A DNA stretch of 64,000 bases from an uncultured Verrucomicrobiae bacterium. Lineage in GTDB: Bacteria > Verrucomicrobiota > Verrucomicrobiia > Opitutales > JABDGR01. The DNA is taken from contig CAVXVB010000009.1 of assembly GCA_963765205.1 (NCBI GenBank), positions 1,344,001 through 1,408,000 of the forward strand. Reading direction: 5' to 3'. The notes beneath the pieces are model-generated. The model searched no databases. It saw nothing but the letters and a program-made list of their open reading frames with translations, and was not told the DNA's origin. Within the stretch, counting starts at the first letter, position 1. Each line of letters opens with the position of its first letter. Positions 61,257 to 64,000 of this stretch are shown here, in pieces. A program made the translations under genes and the position numbers.

Positions 61257-62624
61257 ATGCTCCGCTCAATCAATCCCGCCACTGGCGAACTCATCGCCGA
61301 GTTTGCGCCGCATTCGCCGCCCGAAATCAACGAGGCGGTCGCGGCGGCGCACGCGGCGTTCGAGCATTGGTGTCGCGTTCCCATCGCCGCGCGTGCGGAG
61401 AAACTGCACGCGCTCGCGAAAATGCTGCGGCAACAACGCAACCACTGCGCGCGCCTCGCCTCCGAGGAAATGGGCAAGCCCGTCACCGAAGCCCTCGCCG
61501 AAATTGAAAAGTGCGCCTGGGTCTGCGAATACTACGCCGAACACGGCCCGGCCATGCTGGCCGACGAGCCGGTGAAAACCGAGGCGCGCGAAAGCTTCAT
61601 CACCTTCCAGCCGCTTGGCGTCGTCCTCGCGGTGATGCCATGGAATTTTCCGTTCTGGCAGTTTTTCCGCGCCGCCGCGCCGATTTTGCTCGGGGGCAAC
61701 GCGCTGGTGCTCAAGCACGCCTCGAACGTCCCGCGCTGCGCTTTGGCCATCGAACACCTGTTCCGCGAAGCCGCGTGGCCGGCTGATTTGGTGCGCGTCA
61801 TCCTCGCCGGGCCGGAGGGCGCGGGCGCCGCGCTGGCGCATGAATTGGTCTGCGGCGTGACGCTGACCGGCAGCGCCGCCGCCGGCATGCAAATCGCCGC
61901 CCAAGCCAGCTCCGTCCTGAAAAAATGCGTCATGGAACTCGGCGGCAGCGACCCCTATCTCATCCTCGAAGACGCCGACCTTGCCCAGGCGGCCAAACTC
62001 TGCGCGCAATCGCGCTGCAACAACGCGGGGCAAACCTGTATCGCGGCGAAACGCTTCATCGTTATCGAAAACGTGCGCGCAGCGTTCGAGGATAAATTGC
62101 TGGCCGAGTTGCGCGCCTGGGCGCCGGGCCACCCGCTCGACCCCGCGACCAAGCTCGGCCCGCTCGCCCGCGCCGAGGGCCGCGCCGCCTTGCAAAAACA
62201 AGTGGACGCCAGCATCGCCGCGGGCGCGAAACTGCTCCTCGGTGGCGCACCCCTTCCAGGGCCGGGCAATTTCTATCCCCCCACCCTGCTCACTGGCGTG
62301 CGACCCGGCATGGCGGCCTTTGACGAGGAAACCTTCGGCCCCATCGCCGCCGTCATTTCCGCCCATGACGAAGCCGACGCCGTTGCGCTGGCCAACCGCC
62401 ACCACTACGGCTTGGGCGCGGCGGTGTTCACGCGCGACCTCGGGCGCGGCCGCCGCCTGGCCCGCACGGAGCTGGCCGCGGGTTTTTGCTGCGTCAACGA
62501 TTTCGTCAAAAGCGACCCCCGCCTGCCCTTCGGCGGCGTGAAACAATCCGGTTACGGGCGCGAACTGGGCTTGTTTGGCGCCCGGGAATTCGTGAACATC
62601 AAAAGCGTCGTGGTGCGGGAGTAA
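61257..62624 (+). CDS. NAD(P)-dependent succinate-semialdehyde dehydrogenase (Sad-type ALDH)
   Basis: SINPATGE, EMGKP, VMPWNFPFWQ, LKHASNVP, ELGGSDP, NAGQTCIAAKRF, EETFGP, PFGGVKQSGYGREL. Confidence 0.92.
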   Translation: MLRSINPATGELIAEFAPHSPPEINEAVAAAHAAFEHWCRVPIAARAEKLHALAKMLRQQRNHCARLASEEMGKPVTEALAEIEKCAWVCEYYAEHGPAMLADEPVKTEARESFITFQPLGVVLAVMPWNFPFWQFFRAAAPILLGGNALVLKHASNVPRCALAIEHLFREAAWPADLVRVILAGPEGAGAALAHELVCGVTLTGSAAAGMQIAAQASSVLKKCVMELGGSDPYLILEDADLAQAAKLCAQSRCNNAGQTCIAAKRFIVIENVRAAFEDKLLAELRAWAPGHPLDPATKLGPLARAEGRAALQKQVDASIAAGAKLLLGGAPLPGPGNFYPPTLLTGVRPGMAAFDEETFGPIAAVISAHDEADAVALANRHHYGLGAAVFTRDLGRGRRLARTELAAGFCCVNDFVKSDPRLPFGGVKQSGYGRELGLFGAREFVNIKSVVVRE

Positions 62625-62662
62625 ATTCTCCTAAAAAATCAATGAATCAATTTGACCAGCCT

Positions 62663-62740
62663 TCCGTAGCGCGGTGCTTTAGCCCGCGCTTCGAGTCTCA
62701 CGAATGTCCCGGAGCGCGGGCTGAAGCACCGCGCTACGGA
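62663..62740. repeat. Inverted pair of GTAG-type REPs (REPIN-like)
   Basis: TCCGTAGCGCGGTGCTTTAGCCCGCGCT ... AGCGCGGGCTGAAGCACCGCGCTACGGA, 27/28 complementary. Confidence 0.85.
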
Positions 62741-62804
62741 TCAATCCAGTTTCAAAACAGGCTCTAGTCTTCTTCCGCCCACCACCACTTTTGCCGTGGC
62801 TTGG

Positions 62805-62872
62805 ATTTTTTCCATTTTCCATCTTCCCTCTTCCATTCTCTTTTCATTTTTCCATCTTCCATTTTCCATTCC
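62805..62872. repeat. Two TTCCATT arrays upstream of the ppk1 start
   Basis: TTTTTCCATTTTCCATCTTCCCTCTTCCATTC ... TTTTCCATCTTCCATTTTCCATTCC. Confidence 0.88.
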
Positions 62873-62885
62873 GCATCAGCGCCCC

Positions 62886-64000
62886 ATGTCCCGCAAAAAA
62901 CTGCCGCCGCTGAAAAAAGTGGCCTATTTCAACCGCGAGCTGAGCTGGCTCGCCTTCAACCGCCGTGTGCTCGACCTGGCGCACCACGCGCAGGTGCCGC
63001 TGCTCGAGCGCCTGCGCTTTTTGGCCATCGTCAGCTCGAACCTCGACGAGTTTTTTGAAATCCGCGTCGCCGGCCTCGTGCAGCAGGTGGACTCCGGCGT
63101 GGTCGAGGTCGGCATTGACGGCCTGGGGCCCAAGGAGCAACTGCGCCGCATTCACCATGTCGCCCGCGGCCTGGTGGACGAGCAATATCGCTGCTGGCGC
63201 GAGGAACTGCTGCCCGCCCTGCGCGAAAACAAAATCATTTTCAAACATGACGACGACTGGAGCAAGGCCGAGCTGAACTGGCTCGAGGATTATTACCACG
63301 AGCACGTTTACCCCGTGCTCACGCCGATGGCGATTGACCGCTCCCACCCGTTTCCGCAACTGACCAACAAGGCGCTCTACGTCCTGCTCTCGCTCGACCA
63401 CCCGAACACCGCAAGCCAGGAAAAAATGATGGCCATCGTGCCGGTGCCGCGGATTTTGCCGCGGCTCGTCCGCGTTGGCGCCGGCCCGCGCGACGTGAGC
63501 ACCTACGTTTTTCTCAGTTCGATTATCCGGCATTTTGCGGCCGGACTGTTCCCCGGCTACAAGGTCAACGGCGCCTGGCCCTTTCGCGTCACGCGCAACA
63601 GCGACTTGTATATTGACGAGGAGGAGGCGGAAAACCTCATCACCAAAATCGAGGAACAGTTGCACCGCCTGCGCCGCGGCGCCGCCGTGCGCCTCGAAAT
63701 CCGCGAGGACGTGGACGAAACCCTCCTCGCGCAATTCCTCCAGGCCATCAACCTGCCCGAGGAATACGTCTTCCGCCACGACGGGCCGTTGAACCTGCTA
63801 CGCTTTTTCGAGGTGATTGACGACCTCGGCCAAAACCACCCCGGCCTCCTCTACCCGCCCTTCACCCCCTTCCGCCCCGCCGCGCTCGCCACCGAAAACC
63901 TCTTCGCCGAGATTGCGCGACACGATGTGCTGTTGCACCATCCCTACGAATCCTTTGACCCGGTGGTGGACTTCCTGCGCGAGGCCGGCCGCGACCCGCA
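62886..64000 (+). CDS. ppk1: Polyphosphate kinase 1, 3' partial
   Basis: YFNRELSWLAFNRRVL, PLLERLRFL, SSNLDEFFEIRVAGL, HPFP, FRVTRNSD, LLHHPYESF. Confidence 0.95.
   Translation, partial: MSRKKLPPLKKVAYFNRELSWLAFNRRVLDLAHHAQVPLLERLRFLAIVSSNLDEFFEIRVAGLVQQVDSGVVEVGIDGLGPKEQLRRIHHVARGLVDEQYRCWREELLPALRENKIIFKHDDDWSKAELNWLEDYYHEHVYPVLTPMAIDRSHPFPQLTNKALYVLLSLDHPNTASQEKMMAIVPVPRILPRLVRVGAGPRDVSTYVFLSSIIRHFAAGLFPGYKVNGAWPFRVTRNSDLYIDEEEAENLITKIEEQLHRLRRGAAVRLEIREDVDETLLAQFLQAINLPEEYVFRHDGPLNLLRFFEVIDDLGQNHPGLLYPPFTPFRPAALATENLFAEIARHDVLLHHPYESFDPVVDFLREAGRDP

Overview
A GC-rich bacterial chromosomal segment whose gene content (SWIB protein, DUF1552/DUF1592 pair, split Pta, phoH-HD-ybeY-DUF502-recO block) suggests a Verrucomicrobiota/PVC organism; this assignment is inference. 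1-3.3 kb is the end of a type I restriction locus (RhuM-family gene, hsdR). 3.35-19.4 kb is an accessory block of mostly secreted proteins (GH29, Cip1-like, esterase, GH31, ApbE-DUF2271 with PepSY-TM, DUF1552/DUF1592, FGE-fold), bracketed by an intact tRNA-Gly(TCC) and a degenerate full-length copy of it that also includes its upstream region. 19.6-64 kb is mostly housekeeping genes (hisC, phoH, pyk, ybeY, recO, pyrR/B/C, thiL, pdxH, murJ, pta, ppk1, a CAU tRNA). Its intergenic spaces are crowded with: (i) at least 14 arrays or hairpins built from 7-9 bp tandem units of several different sequences, mostly purine-rich arm first and pyrimidine-rich arm second, often ending just before a start codon; (ii) two complete transposase-less cargo cassettes with terminal inverted repeats and exact 8-bp target duplications (IS1-like 39328-40855, IS1595-like 48910-49697) and one further IS1-like remnant; (iii) five complete or decayed toxin-antitoxin inserts; (iv) GTAG-type REPs. 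About 14 apparent single-base frameshifts in otherwise intact genes most likely reflect sequencing or assembly error. All family calls come from motif recognition by eye; no database searches were run.
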